From an uncultured candidate division Zixibacteria bacterium (GTDB taxonomy: Bacteria > Zixibacteria > MSB-5A5 > GN15 > FEB-12): a DNA stretch of 64,000 nucleotides. The notes beneath the pieces are model-generated. The model had not been told where the DNA came from. It was given only the letters and a program-made list of their open reading frames with translations, and made no database searches. The translations under genes and the position numbers were made by a program. Below, one piece after another: positions 1-10,687 of the stretch. The stretch is taken from assembly GCA_963806185.1 (NCBI GenBank), contig CAWDXE010000007.1:64001-128000 (forward strand). The letters run 5' to 3'. Within the stretch, counting starts at the first letter, position 1; each line of letters opens with the position of its first letter.

Positions 1-68
1 CACGGTAATATATTCTCACTGACCCTCACCCCAACTGAGAGTGAGCAAGAGGCAGCTGCGATGATCCC

Positions 69-173
69 GTAGGGCAAACCCCATTTTCCCTTTATCAAGG
101 GGTTTGCCATCTCCTCCTTTCGACATTGCATCTGGCGGACCCCCTGATAATTTGAAAATGGGGTCCGCCCTAC
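69..173. repeat. Inverted pair of GTAG-type REP-like hairpins
   Basis: GTAGGGCAAACCCC...GGGGTTTGCC followed by GGCGGACCCC...GGGGTCCGCCCTAC. A related hairpin ending GCCCTAC lies at 9455-9494. Confidence 0.6.
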
Positions 174-207
174 TTGTTCTACTGACCTACCAGCGAAGAC
201 GCACCCT

Positions 208-515
208 TTGACTTGCGCTCAGGGTGACGCAGCGCGACGTCGTTTGCTTTGAGTGATATCGATTGTTTGGATGACCATCAGAGAGAATTGACTGAAGGAT
301 CGCCACGGCTCGAAACGAGCCTCGCGATGGCTTGGATGAAAGAACAGTGGACACTGAGATCCTGAATCATGAGAATGATTCAGGATGACGCAGAAAGGGA
401 AGCGAGCTTCGCGATGACAGTGACGGACGATTAGTGCGACGAGGGAAGGGCGGGTGGAACGAGGCATTTGAGGTTGCTTCGTCCCCTTCGGCTCCGCTCA
501 GGGTCCTCGCAATGA
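208..515. repeat. Cluster of palindromic REP-like elements (hairpin + GATGAC/AATGAC-like tail)
   Basis: Shares GTGGACACTGAG (347-358) and hairpin-plus-tail architecture with repeats at 9.2-9.6 kb, 13.2-13.7 kb and 53.7-54.0 kb. Confidence 0.55.
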
Positions 516-565
516 GTGGCGTGACATGATCGGGGTCGGGGAAAACACTGGGACCACAAATGTAG

Positions 566-595
566 AAACCGCCGGGCGAGGCCGTCCGGCGGTTT
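566..595 (-). terminator. Hairpin/intrinsic terminator downstream of tRNA-Leu
   Basis: AAACCGCCGGGCG-AGGC-CGTCCGGCGGTTT inverted repeat. Confidence 0.55.
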
Positions 596-603
596 GTTAT
601 TTC

Positions 604-685
604 TGCGGAAGGCGGGACTCGAACCCGCATGGATTGCTCCGCTACCCCCTCAAGATAGTGTGTCTACCAGTTCCACCACTTCCGC
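604..685 (-). tRNA. tRNA-Leu (GAG)
   Basis: Reverse complement GCGGAAGTGGTGGAACTGGTAGACAC...CTATCTT-GAG-GGGGTAG...GGTTCGAGTCCCGCCTTCCGCA. Follows secG, a conserved arrangement. Confidence 0.95.
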
Positions 686-745
686 TAGTCATCTGCGCCG
701 TTGGACTGACGAGGTGTCGATGGTCAGCCTTCGGAACAAACGGTC

Positions 746-1144
746 TTACTTCGTCGTGTCGATCGGCGTGGTCGAGGGTGCTGCCGGTTGAGCCGCGTCG
801 GTCTTCTGCTGATCCGCCTGCTGCTGACGCTGCTGCTCTGCCTCCACCGCTCTCTGGGCTTGGCGTGTTACCGCCGAATCAGTGGCTGTCGTGCCGGTAG
901 ACACGCCGCTCCGCTGCGCGGACATGTAGGCCAGAGCGCCGCAATTGAGGAAGAACACGACCGCAAGTATCGTGGTGGACTTGGAGAGGAAGGTCGCCGC
1001 ACCGCGGCCTCCAAAGACCGCTCCGGAAACGCCGCTCGAAAAGGCCGAGCCGGCCAGACCTTCGCCCTTTGATGACTGCATCAATACCACCAATACGAGA
1101 GCAATGCAGACGATCACATGAAAGATGACCCAAGAAACAAACAA
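746..1144 (-). CDS. secG: Preprotein translocase subunit SecG
   Basis: LVLVVLMQSSKGEGLAG...FGGRGAATFLSKST motif; GGAGG RBS; tpiA-secG-tRNA-Leu synteny. Confidence 0.93.
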   Translation of the reverse strand: MFVSWVIFHVIVCIALVLVVLMQSSKGEGLAGSAFSSGVSGAVFGGRGAATFLSKSTTILAVVFFLNCGALAYMSAQRSGVSTGTTATDSAVTRQAQRAVEAEQQRQQQADQQKTDAAQPAAPSTTPIDTTK

Positions 1145-1158
1145 CTGGAAACCTCCAT

Positions 1159-1908
1159 CTATACCGAACCGAGTATTTTCAAAAAGTCCTCAGCCACCAG
1201 TGACGCACCGCCCACGAGGGCGCCGTCGATATTCGGCTGAGCCAGCAATCCCTTGGCGTTGTCGCCTTTCACCGAACCGCCGTACAGAAGCGGCACCTGG
1301 TCGGCGAGACTGCCGTGTGACTTCGTCACCAAATCTCTGATCAGCTTGTGAACTGCCTCGGCCTGTTCCGGTGTGGCGACACGTCCCGTGCCGATAGCCC
1401 AGACCGGTTCATAAGCGATTACGGTTTTGCGGAGATCATCGGCGGAGAATCCATCCAAGGATCCGCGAATCTGACTGGTGACCACCGTTTCCGTTTTCCC
1501 GGCCTCGCGTTCCTTCAGGGTCTCGCCGACGCAGATGATCGGTGTGAGCCCGAAGCGAAAGGCCGTCTTAGCCTTAGCATTTACCAGCTGATCCGTCTCA
1601 GCGTGGTACTGCCGCCGTTCAGAGTGGCCCAAGATAACGTAGGTCACCCCGACTGTCAAGAGCAGGGGGGCGGAGATGTCACCGGTAAAGGCGCCCTTCT
1701 CGTGCTCGGACATATCCTGAGCGCCCAAAGCTATCCGGCTATTGACCAAAAGCTTAGCGGCCGTGGGGAGAGAGATGTACGGCGGGCAGATGACGGCTGT
1801 CGCCTTGGGAGGAGCAGCCAGACCGGCGACAAGTCTGCCGATCAGCGTTTCCGTCTCGGCGGGAGTGCCGTTCATTTTCCAGTTGCCGGCAATAATCTTC
1901 TGGCGCAT
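1159..1908 (-). CDS. tpiA: Triosephosphate isomerase
   Basis: [34 protein letters not shown] motifs. Confidence 0.98.
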   Translation of the reverse strand: MRQKIIAGNWKMNGTPAETETLIGRLVAGLAAPPKATAVICPPYISLPTAAKLLVNSRIALGAQDMSEHEKGAFTGDISAPLLLTVGVTYVILGHSERRQYHAETDQLVNAKAKTAFRFGLTPIICVGETLKEREAGKTETVVTSQIRGSLDGFSADDLRKTVIAYEPVWAIGTGRVATPEQAEAVHKLIRDLVTKSHGSLADQVPLLYGGSVKGDNAKGLLAQPNIDGALVGGASLVAEDFLKILGSV

Positions 1909-1909
1909 A

Positions 1910-3122
1910 TCAGACCTTTACCGCCGTATGGTCAGTGAGGGCCGCCACCCCCGGGAGGGTCTTGCCCTCGAGGAATTCAAGTGACGCGCCGCCGCCGGTA
2001 GAGATGTGGGTCAACTTGTTTTCCAGTCCAGCCTGCGCAACGGCGGCCGCGGAGTCACCGCCTCCGACAACCGTAACGGCGCCTTTGGCCGTGAGATCTG
2101 CCAGCAATTTGGCGATGGCCAGGGTGCCGTTCGCAAACGGCTTGTTTTCGAAGACGCCCATCGGGCCGTTCCAGACGATGGTGCCGGCGTTGGACAGCTC
2201 TTTCGAAAACAGTTTGATCGTATCGGGGCCGATGTCGAGTCCCTTCATTCCGTCTGGAATCTTGTCGATAGGCACGACCTTCGTTTGGGCCGTGTCGGAA
2301 ATCTCCGACGCGATGACAGCATCGGTGGGGAAGAAGATCTTGACGTTGGCCCGCTTGGCGGCGTCAATCGTCTGTTTGGCGAGCGCGACCTTATCTTCTT
2401 CGAGCAGAGAATCGCCGATGGGGTAGCCCATCGCCTTTGAGAAGGTGAAGACCATGCCGCCGCCGATGAAGAGCATGTCGACTTTGCTCAGCAGGTTCTG
2501 GATGACGTCGATCTTGCCGGAGATCTTCGCACCGCCGAGAATGGCGGCAAAGGGGCGCTTGGGGTCGCTGACGGCTTTGCCCAGGTAACGGAGTTCCTTT
2601 TCCATAAGGAATCCGGCGACCGACTGACTGAAATATTGCGTCACGCCCTCCGTTGAAGCGTGGGCGCGATGGGCCGAGCCGAAAGCGTCGTTGACGTAAA
2701 TATCCGCCAGCGAAGCCAGTTTCTTGGCGAACTCCGGGTCGTTCTTTTCTTCTTGCGGATGGAAGCGGAGGTTCTCCAAAAGGATACAGTCGCCGTTTTT
2801 CATCTTGTCGACGACGTTGGCCGCTTCCGGGCCGATGCAGTCTTCAGCAAACTGCACCGGTTTTTTCGAGCAGCTCGCCGAGGCGCTTGGCAACCGGGCG
2901 AAGCGAAAACGACGGATCCGGTCCGCTCTTGGGGCGGCCCAGGTGCGAGCAGGCGATCACTTTGCCGCCGTCATTCATGATCTTCTGAATGGTCGGCAAT
3001 GCCTCGCGGATACGGCGATCGTCGGTGATCTGTCCGCTCTTGTCGAGCGGGACGTTGAAGTCGACCCGGACGAGCACTTTGCGGCCGCGAAAGTTGATAT
3101 CAGCAACAGTGACTTTGTTCAT
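1910..3122 (-). CDS. pgk: Phosphoglycerate kinase (one +1 frameshift in an A6 run near 2861-2866, probably a sequencing error)
   Basis: N-terminal ORF 2844-3122 ([14 protein letters not shown]) and C-terminal ORF 1910-2893 ([21 protein letters not shown]). Removing one A gives LLEKPVQF. Confidence 0.95.
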
Positions 3123-3134
3123 CTTGACCTCCCC

Positions 3135-4121
3135 TTAGAGCATCATGCGGAGCATGTCGACCATGCGGCAGGAAAAAGCCCATTCATTATCGTACCAAGC
3201 GAAGACTTTGACCAAATTGCCATGGACCGAAGTCATGCCGGCGTCAAAAACGGAACCGTGCGGATTGCCGACGATATCGATGGAGACGATCGGGTCTTCG
3301 GTATATTCCAGCGTCTGCGACAGCGGGCCACTGGTGGCGGCTTTCTTCATGGCGGCGTTGATTTGTTCGACGGTCGCTTCTTTTTCGAGAATGACGGCCA
3401 GGTCGACGAGTGAGGCATCCGGAGTGGGGACGCGGATGGCCAGACCGTTGAGTTTTCCCTTCATTTCGGGCAGTACTTCCGAGATCGCCTTCGCGGCGCC
3501 GGTAGTAGTGGGGACCATCGACATGGCGGCGGCACGGGCGCGTCGGAGATCTTTGTGCGGAGCATCCTGCAGCCGCTGGTCGGCGGTGTAGGCATGGATG
3601 GTGGTCATGAAACCCTTCTGGATGCCGAAGTTGTCGAGCAGTACTTTCACGACTGGAGCAAGGCAGTTGGTGGTACAGGAACCGATCGAGACGACGTCGT
3701 GTTTGGCTTTATCGTACTTATCGGAGTTGACGCCGAGGATGAAGGTGCCGTCGTGGCCCTTGGCCGGGGCGGAGATGAGTACTTTCTTCGCGCCGGCGGT
3801 AATATGCTTGGAGGCATCTTCCTTGGTCGTGAATTTGCCGGTGCATTCGAGAATGATATCGGCGCCGAGTTGTTTCCAAGGGAGTTTGGCCGGGTCCTTT
3901 TCGCAGAGCACCGGGATCGCTTTACCATCGACCACGAGATTGGTACCATCGACTTTCACTTCACCCGGATACCGACCGTGGATGGAGTCGTATTTCAGCA
4001 AATGGCCAAGTGTTTTGGCGTCGGTTATGTCGTTGATGCCGACTATTTCGATGTTTGTTCCGCGAGCGGCTTTGAGTACGAGACGCCCGATCCGTCCAAA
4101 ACCGTTGATTCCTACTTTCAT
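3135..4121 (-). CDS. gap: Glyceraldehyde-3-phosphate dehydrogenase type I
   Basis: GINGFGRIGR, SCTTNCLAP, WYDNEW. Confidence 0.98.
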   Translation of the reverse strand: MKVGINGFGRIGRLVLKAARGTNIEIVGINDITDAKTLGHLLKYDSIHGRYPGEVKVDGTNLVVDGKAIPVLCEKDPAKLPWKQLGADIILECTGKFTTKEDASKHITAGAKKVLISAPAKGHDGTFILGVNSDKYDKAKHDVVSIGSCTTNCLAPVVKVLLDNFGIQKGFMTTIHAYTADQRLQDAPHKDLRRARAAAMSMVPTTTGAAKAISEVLPEMKGKLNGLAIRVPTPDASLVDLAVILEKEATVEQINAAMKKAATSGPLSQTLEYTEDPIVSIDIVGNPHGSVFDAGMTSVHGNLVKVFAWYDNEWAFSCRMVDMLRMML

Positions 4122-4846
4122 CTTCCTCTCCTTGATCTATCGTCGCTCTTCTTGAATGACGAAAACAGATATTTGACGCCGACGGTGATGGTCAGCGCGC
4201 TGTAATCCTTAATGTCAATAATGGGGTCCGAGAAATTCACGGGGAGATACTGACCGGCCACTTCCAGGCCGATCATGCTGGCGAGCGGGATGTCGACACC
4301 GCCGCCGAGGACGTAATTGAATTTCGTTTCGGATGATGTGTTAACGTAGCTGTAGTAGTAACTGGACTCATAGAACTGAATGTTATGCTTGGCATAGTAG
4401 AATCCGCCGCCGGCAGTGAAATACGGGAATACTGAGCCGAGGCCGCCGGCGATGGGATAGATTTTGGCCCGTATGGTCATCGGATAGATCAGGAGGCTGC
4501 CGTAGAAAACATCCGTGCCGTCGGCAATAGTGACATCGCCACGGTTTACGACGCCCAATGTGATCTCGCCCATCAGCATTCGGCTGAAGCGGTGTGCGTA
4601 GTATCCTTCGATGTAGAAACTACCGCCGTTGAAATCAGTCTCGACATAGGTATTGGGGTTCTCGATGATGGAGCGGGGGGATTCGCCGAGATTGGCCCAG
4701 CCGCCGATTCGAATGCCCGCCTGATGGCGTCGGGTGAACTGATAGTCATTTGACAAGGTGTCCTGGGCGAGTAACTGGCCGGACAGTGCGGCGAGGAGGG
4801 CGAAGGCTCCGACGAGGGTGGGTATCTTCAAACTAGACAAGAACAT
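4118..4846 (-). CDS. Outer membrane beta-barrel protein (OmpW/OmpA-like barrel)
   Basis: Signal peptide, alternating aromatic strands (PYFTAGGGFYY, TVGVKYLF); AAGGAG RBS before ATG at 4846. Confidence 0.7.
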   Translation of the reverse strand: MFLSSLKIPTLVGAFALLAALSGQLLAQDTLSNDYQFTRRHQAGIRIGGWANLGESPRSIIENPNTYVETDFNGGSFYIEGYYAHRFSRMLMGEITLGVVNRGDVTIADGTDVFYGSLLIYPMTIRAKIYPIAGGLGSVFPYFTAGGGFYYAKHNIQFYESSYYYSYVNTSSETKFNYVLGGGVDIPLASMIGLEVAGQYLPVNFSDPIIDIKDYSALTITVGVKYLFSSFKKSDDRSRRGR

Positions 4847-4919
4847 ACTCTCCTTATGCGCGCTGTCGAAGCAGCCGTTACAGATGAATGATCCCAAACT
4901 TTGTAACCCATGTCAAGTC

Positions 4920-6494
4920 TTACAGTTTTGTATCGGCAGGATAAAGGAAGAGTCGTTCATGAGAATAATCAAACAGGACCTTAAAACTCCGCAATACCTG
5001 ATTGCCGATGTTTCCTGCCAGGTCTGCTGAACCGGCCATTCCGCTCGTCGATTCGGTTGCCATGACCTGCACGCTCGTCAGGTGAATGGAATCACCGATG
5101 ACGAGTGAGTCGACGGTGAAGGACCTGGCGTTGAGTCCGCCGCCGATTCCGGATATAGTCGCGGGCACACGTTCGCGGTTGGGAATCGACTTCATTATCT
5201 CCGGTCTGGTCGAGAAGGCTTGGTGCAAGATTAGTCCAAAGGCATTACCCAGGTCGATGATGAAGTCGCCGGGCACGCCGTTGACACTGGCCTTGACCGT
5301 AGGCACCTGCAGCGTGAGTTGAAACGGTATTTCCGTTCCGCCGGCGGGAGGCACGAAGCTATCGGGATCAAAGACGACCAACGAAGAGTCGGGGTAGTCG
5401 ATCATGACGGGAAAACGGGAGAGGAAATCGTAGCCGAGCAGGCCGCCGAAGGGGATGCCCGAGGGGTCGTCGGAGCCGATCCCGCTCAAGTCCATTCGTC
5501 CGCCGATCTGATTGAACAGCCGCAGTTCGCCGATCGCGAGCGAATCGACGCGAATCAGGGCGACTTCCTTCCAGTCAGTCACGCCCTTGGCGTGCTGGGA
5601 AGCAACTTGAGGCAAGTTGAGGGTGGCGACGGCCGGATCGTGGAAGATATTGGACGAAGCTCCGGAGTCGAGGATGAGCACAAGCCGGGTGGAACCGTTC
5701 AGAGTGACGGGGACGTAAATCTGGCCGTTGCGGATCGTGAAGGGAATGCGCAAGCGGGATTGGCCATCGGGAAAGCGACAATCCTGCAGGGCTCTTCCCG
5801 GGCGACGAAAGAGAGCCGTGTCAACCGGCGTGTTAAACTGGGCCTGGGTGACCTGAAAAATGGAAGAGAGGGGCGCACCAACGGATACGGCGGTCGACCG
5901 GAATGGCATGAGCACACCCTGAACGGACCTGTAATCGTCAAGGGTCGTGGACACCTCGGTGTTGTCCAGGTGACCGATCACGGCGCGTCGCAGGCCGGTG
6001 GCGACGTCGAAATAGACACGCACGGTATCGCCGCCGGCGGGTGTGATGTCGATCATATGGCATGGCGAGCCCTGGTAGGTGGAATCACCCACAAAACGGA
6101 TCGAGCCGGGCATACGTTGCGGGAAGAGGTAGGCGTAGGATTCGAAGTATACCTGTTCGATCAAATTTTTCAGTTCGACGCCGTTGACGGAGGTCACGCT
6201 GCCGTTCTGATCGCGCTGCCAGTAGTCCCGGCCGTCGCAAGCCTGGGTGATCCTGAACGCGCCGAGGTCAATTTCGAGATAGAAATTCCACGGCGGGACG
6301 AATAACTCGGTGAAAGTACCGGGCGTGCCATTGATGGAGACCGTGCCTTCCGCCGTGTACGAGGTCATGACGCTAAGGCGCTCGTAGGCGGTCTGTCCGC
6401 CCACGGATTTGACGAGGAGGGAGTCGAGATCAAGGGCGTGTCCGGCAGTGATGAGGAGAAAGCTGAGGAGGAGCGTGTATGGGAGTGACCTCAT
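4920..6494 (-). CDS. Secreted protein with two retropepsin-like aspartyl protease domains
   Basis: Signal peptide; LILDSGAS and GLLGYDFL, then FIIDLGNA and GNIGNQVL motifs. Confidence 0.75.
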   Translation of the reverse strand: MRSLPYTLLLSFLLITAGHALDLDSLLVKSVGGQTAYERLSVMTSYTAEGTVSINGTPGTFTELFVPPWNFYLEIDLGAFRITQACDGRDYWQRDQNGSVTSVNGVELKNLIEQVYFESYAYLFPQRMPGSIRFVGDSTYQGSPCHMIDITPAGGDTVRVYFDVATGLRRAVIGHLDNTEVSTTLDDYRSVQGVLMPFRSTAVSVGAPLSSIFQVTQAQFNTPVDTALFRRPGRALQDCRFPDGQSRLRIPFTIRNGQIYVPVTLNGSTRLVLILDSGASSNIFHDPAVATLNLPQVASQHAKGVTDWKEVALIRVDSLAIGELRLFNQIGGRMDLSGIGSDDPSGIPFGGLLGYDFLSRFPVMIDYPDSSLVVFDPDSFVPPAGGTEIPFQLTLQVPTVKASVNGVPGDFIIDLGNAFGLILHQAFSTRPEIMKSIPNRERVPATISGIGGGLNARSFTVDSLVIGDSIHLTSVQVMATESTSGMAGSADLAGNIGNQVLRSFKVLFDYSHERLFLYPADTKL

Positions 6495-6619
6495 ATACTT
6501 AGTATACACGGCAAGGAGGCGATTGTCGAGTAGTGACGGCGATCATTCGACAATTGGTACAATTGTAACGAAAGAGCTCAAACCATCGTCGCACAATCGC
6601 TACCGACAAATAGGTGGCG

Positions 6620-8023
6620 CTATTCCTTGATGCCCAGTCGATGCTTGCCGTTAATCTCCGGCGTTTTCAGCGGATATTTGCCTGAAAAGCAGCCGTGACA
6701 GAAGGTGGTGTTGGGCAGCGAGGGCATGGACAACATCCCCTCAAGCGACAAGTAGCGCAGAGAGTCAACGCCCAGATATTTCTCAATCTCCGGGACGCTC
6801 ATGTTGGCGGCGATCAATTCCTTCCGGGTGGGCATGTCGATGCCGAAGAAGCAGGGGGAGAGGATCGGCGGTGAGGTGATGCGCAGGTGAATTTCTTTGG
6901 CACCCGCCTCGCGCAGCATCTTGACCAGTTTCTTGGAGGTCGTGCCTCGGACGATGGAGTCATCGACGACGACGACGCGTTTGCCGTCGAGCACGCCCTT
7001 GACCGGGTTGAATTTCAGCTTCACGTCGAGATCACGAATCTTCTGATGCGGGTCGATAAATGTCCGTCCCACGTAATGGTTGCGAATCAAGCCGATTTCG
7101 AACCGGATGCCGGATTCCTCGGCGTACCCGAGGGTGGCCGTATTGGCGGAGTCGGGAATGCCGATGACGATGTCGGCGTCGACCGGGTGCTCGCGAGCCA
7201 GCAGCCGCCCGAGGCGGCGGCGGACCTTGTCGACGTTCTCGCCAAAGACTTTGGAATCAGGTCGCGAGAAGTAGATGTACTCAAAGATGCAGAACGCGTG
7301 CTTGGTCTTTTTCATCGGGAAGTGCGACTCCAGACCACGAGCGGTGATTTCGAGCACCTCACCAGGCTCGATGTCGCGGATATATTTCGCGCCGATGATA
7401 TCAAAAGCGCAGGTCTCGGAAGCCACGATATACGTATCGCCCAGCTTGCCCAGCGCCAGCGGGCGGAAACCAAACGTATCGCGGGCGGCGACAATGGAGT
7501 TCTCGGTCAGGAACAGGAGCGAGAAGGCGCCCTGGACGGTTTTGAGGGCGTCGCAGATCCGATCCATCTTGGTCTTTTTCTTCGACGTGGCCACGAGGTG
7601 GAGGATGATCTCGGTATCGGAAGTGGTCTGAAAGATCGAGCCCTTACCATCGAGTCTGTTTCGCAGTTCGACTGCATTGGTCAGGTTACCGTTATGAGCA
7701 ACGGCCAGATTGCTGGAGCGGTTGGTGATCAGGAAGGGCTGGATATTTATAAGTGACGAGGCGCCGGTGGTGCTGTAGCGGGTATGGCCGATGGCGATCT
7801 TGCCTACGAGTCGATCGACTTTCGACTGGTCGGCGAAGACTTCAGATACCTGCCCCATCCCTTTGTGCAGATGGAAAGCGCCGTCCTCGGAAGAAACGAT
7901 ACCGGCGGATTCCTGTCCACGGTGCTGCAGGGCGTAGAGGCCGAGGTAGGTCAATTCGGCTGCACGGGGTGAACCGAAGATGCCAAATACGCCACACTTA
8001 TCCCGAACCATTTCATCCAGCAT
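6620..8023 (-). CDS. purF: Amidophosphoribosyltransferase
   Basis: CGVFG after propeptide, LQHRGQESAG, VVDDSIVRGTTS; Fe-S Cys residues present. Confidence 0.97.
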   Translation of the reverse strand: MLDEMVRDKCGVFGIFGSPRAAELTYLGLYALQHRGQESAGIVSSEDGAFHLHKGMGQVSEVFADQSKVDRLVGKIAIGHTRYSTTGASSLINIQPFLITNRSSNLAVAHNGNLTNAVELRNRLDGKGSIFQTTSDTEIILHLVATSKKKTKMDRICDALKTVQGAFSLLFLTENSIVAARDTFGFRPLALGKLGDTYIVASETCAFDIIGAKYIRDIEPGEVLEITARGLESHFPMKKTKHAFCIFEYIYFSRPDSKVFGENVDKVRRRLGRLLAREHPVDADIVIGIPDSANTATLGYAEESGIRFEIGLIRNHYVGRTFIDPHQKIRDLDVKLKFNPVKGVLDGKRVVVVDDSIVRGTTSKKLVKMLREAGAKEIHLRITSPPILSPCFFGIDMPTRKELIAANMSVPEIEKYLGVDSLRYLSLEGMLSMPSLPNTTFCHGCFSGKYPLKTPEINGKHRLGIKE

Positions 8024-8276
8024 GCTAAAGCGGGCCTCCAAGTCCCGAAAAGAGAACAACAAGGATACAGGCGGGTCGTTCCCTTGTCAACTGAATGTGC
8101 GGTTGTGAACCGGAGTGCAGGCAAAAGCGGGTTACGGGGGAGTGGGCAGGAAAAGCACAGCAAAAAGGGCTGGCTAAGTCGTTGGCGAGTGGGTATTTTC
8201 CGACGTACTCCAATTGTACTCGCGTCGGAAAGATACATTCAGATAGCGCATACTGTTTGCTTTAGTCGGATAAGGC

Positions 8277-9053
8277 ATGGCTGACCATCAAGATAATACC
8301 CACCGCGACCGGTTCGAAATCCTCCGCGCCCTGACTATAAGCGGCGTCCGCGGAGACGAGCTGAAGCAGACAGTTGCCACGGCGCTGGCGGAAGCCTCGG
8401 CGCTGGTCGGGCTGTCGGCGGCGGCCGTCTATCTCTGGAAAGAAGGATTCGAGATTTCGTTGTCGGTGACCCATGCGGTCGACGATGCTCACCGGAAGAC
8501 GCTGTTGTCCCTGGAAAAATCGCTTTTCGCCACGCTTCGCCACGAGCGGGGACTGACCTCGGCCTATCTGTCGTTCGGGGGCGATGCCCCGGCGCAATCG
8601 TTTACTTTGCCGCTACGACACGGCAAGACGATTTTCGGCGCCGTCATTGGCCTGCAGGACAGTGAGCATAAGCTCATCTCGGAAGATTACTTTCTGGAGG
8701 CATTCAGCGGCGCGGTGGCGTTGAATGTCATTGCCGACGGCCTGGTAAAGGAGAGCGGGATCTCGAAAGAGATGCTCGACAAAGAGCGGCTGAGTGCGAT
8801 CATCGAACTGGCCGTGACAGTGAATCATGAAATCAACAATCCGCTGACGGCTATACTCGGCAACGTCCAGTTGCTTCTGCTCAAGCGCGCCGATCTTGAT
8901 CCGGAGTTGCAGGCGAAGTTGAAGACGATCGAAGTATCGGCGATGCGCATTCGGGATGTCACCCAGAAATTGTTACGCCTCACCTCCGTCAAATCGAAAG
9001 AGTATGCTGAAGGGACGAGCATGCTTGATTTGGGCGACGGGGAAAGAGAGTAG
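8277..9053 (+). CDS. GAF-like + HisKA dimerisation/phosphoacceptor protein lacking a HATPase domain
   Basis: H-box VNHEINNPLTAILG near the C-terminus; no N/G1/G2 boxes follow. Confidence 0.7.
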   Translation: MADHQDNTHRDRFEILRALTISGVRGDELKQTVATALAEASALVGLSAAAVYLWKEGFEISLSVTHAVDDAHRKTLLSLEKSLFATLRHERGLTSAYLSFGGDAPAQSFTLPLRHGKTIFGAVIGLQDSEHKLISEDYFLEAFSGAVALNVIADGLVKESGISKEMLDKERLSAIIELAVTVNHEINNPLTAILGNVQLLLLKRADLDPELQAKLKTIEVSAMRIRDVTQKLLRLTSVKSKEYAEGTSMLDLGDGERE

Positions 9054-9214
9054 CAATTTGCCGGAGCGAGGCTCCCGCGGCATATAATCGGGCAATCTCA
9101 CATCACTCTTCAATACTGATCTGCTCATATCTTTGTCCCATACCAACACCTTAATAAGGTGTTGCACTTCGTTTGTGAACTCATGGCATCCAGGGGAGGG
9201 TAAAAACCCCCATC

Positions 9215-9590
9215 GGGCTTCGACTTCGCTCAGCCCGACGCTTCCGGCACCGCAATTGTGGCGCCATGATAGTCAATCGTCGAAGGACGAGAGGTATGAG
9301 GTTGCCACGGCGCGAAGCGCGCCTCGCAATGACAAGAGAGGGGGAGCGCTCCTCGCAATGAGTATGGTTATGTAGTCGGGGCACGATTGTCGTCGCCCTT
9401 CGTCTCCGCTCAGGGCGGCGGCTCGGAGGGGCATCAAGCACTAAGAGAGAAGATGGCAGAACCCTTGTTCAATGGAAGATGGGTTCTGCCCTACAGAAGA
9501 GTCCGACGATGTCAGGCTTCTTGTTCGAATGGATGGTGAAGCCTGACCAACAAGACTCATGGATTCCGGACCAGAGGTCCGGAATGACAC
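9215..9590. repeat. Cluster of REP-like palindromic elements
   Basis: TTCGACTTCGCTCAG (also ~12980); GCCACGGCGCGAAGCGCGCCTCGC (identical at 53759-53782); TGGATTCCGGACC...GGTCCGGAATGAC. Confidence 0.6.
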
Positions 9591-9610
9591 ACGAATCGGC
9601 GACAACAACA

Positions 9611-10393
9611 TTACTTCTGCAATACCCAGGTTGCGACGGCCGACATGGCGTCGGGAAGCTGATTGGTAATGTCGGTGCCGTGACGGTCGCCTGCATATGT
9701 CAGCAGTTTGGCCGAGGGAACTAACTTGGCAATCGACGTGACCGAAGCGAAGGAATACTCATCCTTATCAGAGGCCACGAGCATTGTGTTTCCGTGGAAT
9801 GTTTTCAGCGCGTCAGTCGGTTTCAGGCCGCGGTATGCTTCGCCGGGTGATAAGAGCACGATCCTGGTCACGCCGGGGAGTTGTTGGGTCAAGAGGGCGG
9901 CAGTGTTGGCACCTATGGACGCTCCTATGACGCGGATATCGGTCGAGTCGATGTGACAGGCGGTGTCGTGAACTGCGGTCCGAATGATCGAGGCGACATC
10001 GATCGGGCATTTGACAAATTCCTCGACAGCCATACTCTCGGCCGACAACGTGGTGCTCCCTTTCTTAGTAGATTTGCCGTGTCCGCGCATATCGACAGCC
10101 AGGATATAGGGAACCGGTTGCTTGGCGAGCAGCGACTTTTCAATGAGAACCTGCACGAGATCGTCGTAGCTGGTGTGGTCGTTGCCGAGCATGGGGAGCA
10201 GGACGACGAGGGGTGCTTTCGGTTTGTCGGGGGTAAAGGTGAGCCAGCCGTGAATGACGAGAGCGTCAGAGGTCACGGCGGTGATCTCGGTGGTGAAGAG
10301 GCCGGGTTTCTGCGCAAAGGGGGCAGCGTTTGCCAACAGACAAATGAGAAGAAACACTCCGAGGAGTGCTGAGACGGGAGTTGATTTATTCAT
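9611..10393 (-). CDS. Secreted alpha/beta hydrolase
   Basis: DMRGHGKS, nucleophile elbow GASIG, C-terminal HGT. Confidence 0.8.
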   Translation of the reverse strand: MNKSTPVSALLGVFLLICLLANAAPFAQKPGLFTTEITAVTSDALVIHGWLTFTPDKPKAPLVVLLPMLGNDHTSYDDLVQVLIEKSLLAKQPVPYILAVDMRGHGKSTKKGSTTLSAESMAVEEFVKCPIDVASIIRTAVHDTACHIDSTDIRVIGASIGANTAALLTQQLPGVTRIVLLSPGEAYRGLKPTDALKTFHGNTMLVASDKDEYSFASVTSIAKLVPSAKLLTYAGDRHGTDITNQLPDAMSAVATWVLQK

Positions 10394-10419
10394 GACAGAC
10401 ATCCTTTGGTTATTAAACA

Positions 10420-10513
10420 CGGAAGGGGTAGGAATCGAACCTACCAAGGACGATGCGATCGCCCCACGCTCGGCTTTGAAGGCCGGGACCGCCACCAGAC
10501 GGCATCCTCTTCC
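10420..10513 (-). tRNA. selC: tRNA-Sec (UCA)
   Basis: Reverse complement GGAAGAGGATGCCGTCTGGTGGCGGTCCCGGCCT-TCA-AAGCCG...long variable arm...GGTAGGTTCGATTCCTACCCCTTCCG; 94 nt. Confidence 0.92.
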
Positions 10514-10687
10514 GTCCGTAGTATATGGGGCCGATGCGCGGTGGGCAATTGGTTTCATGCCGGACGCGGGTTCGGCGGCGTCCTGTAACCTGCTGGCTAT
10601 TTGTGGGTTATAGAGATCGAAGATTGCCTCGATTTGGGTGTACTTTTCACTTTCGCGAAGGGGGAGAACGATATATCCTTACGGCCC

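Noticed and set aside
2844..2893. Programmed frameshift or pseudogene in pgk
   Set aside because: One of seven same-sign single-base insertions in the window; sequencing error is more parsimonious.
1348..7756. Long antisense ORFs (e.g. 5319-6305, 6887-7756)
   Set aside because: Shadow ORFs opposite well-supported GC-rich genes.
9611..10558. Long N-terminus of the hydrolase ORF
   Set aside because: It runs through the tRNA-Sec gene; the real start is near 10393 with an RBS and signal peptide.
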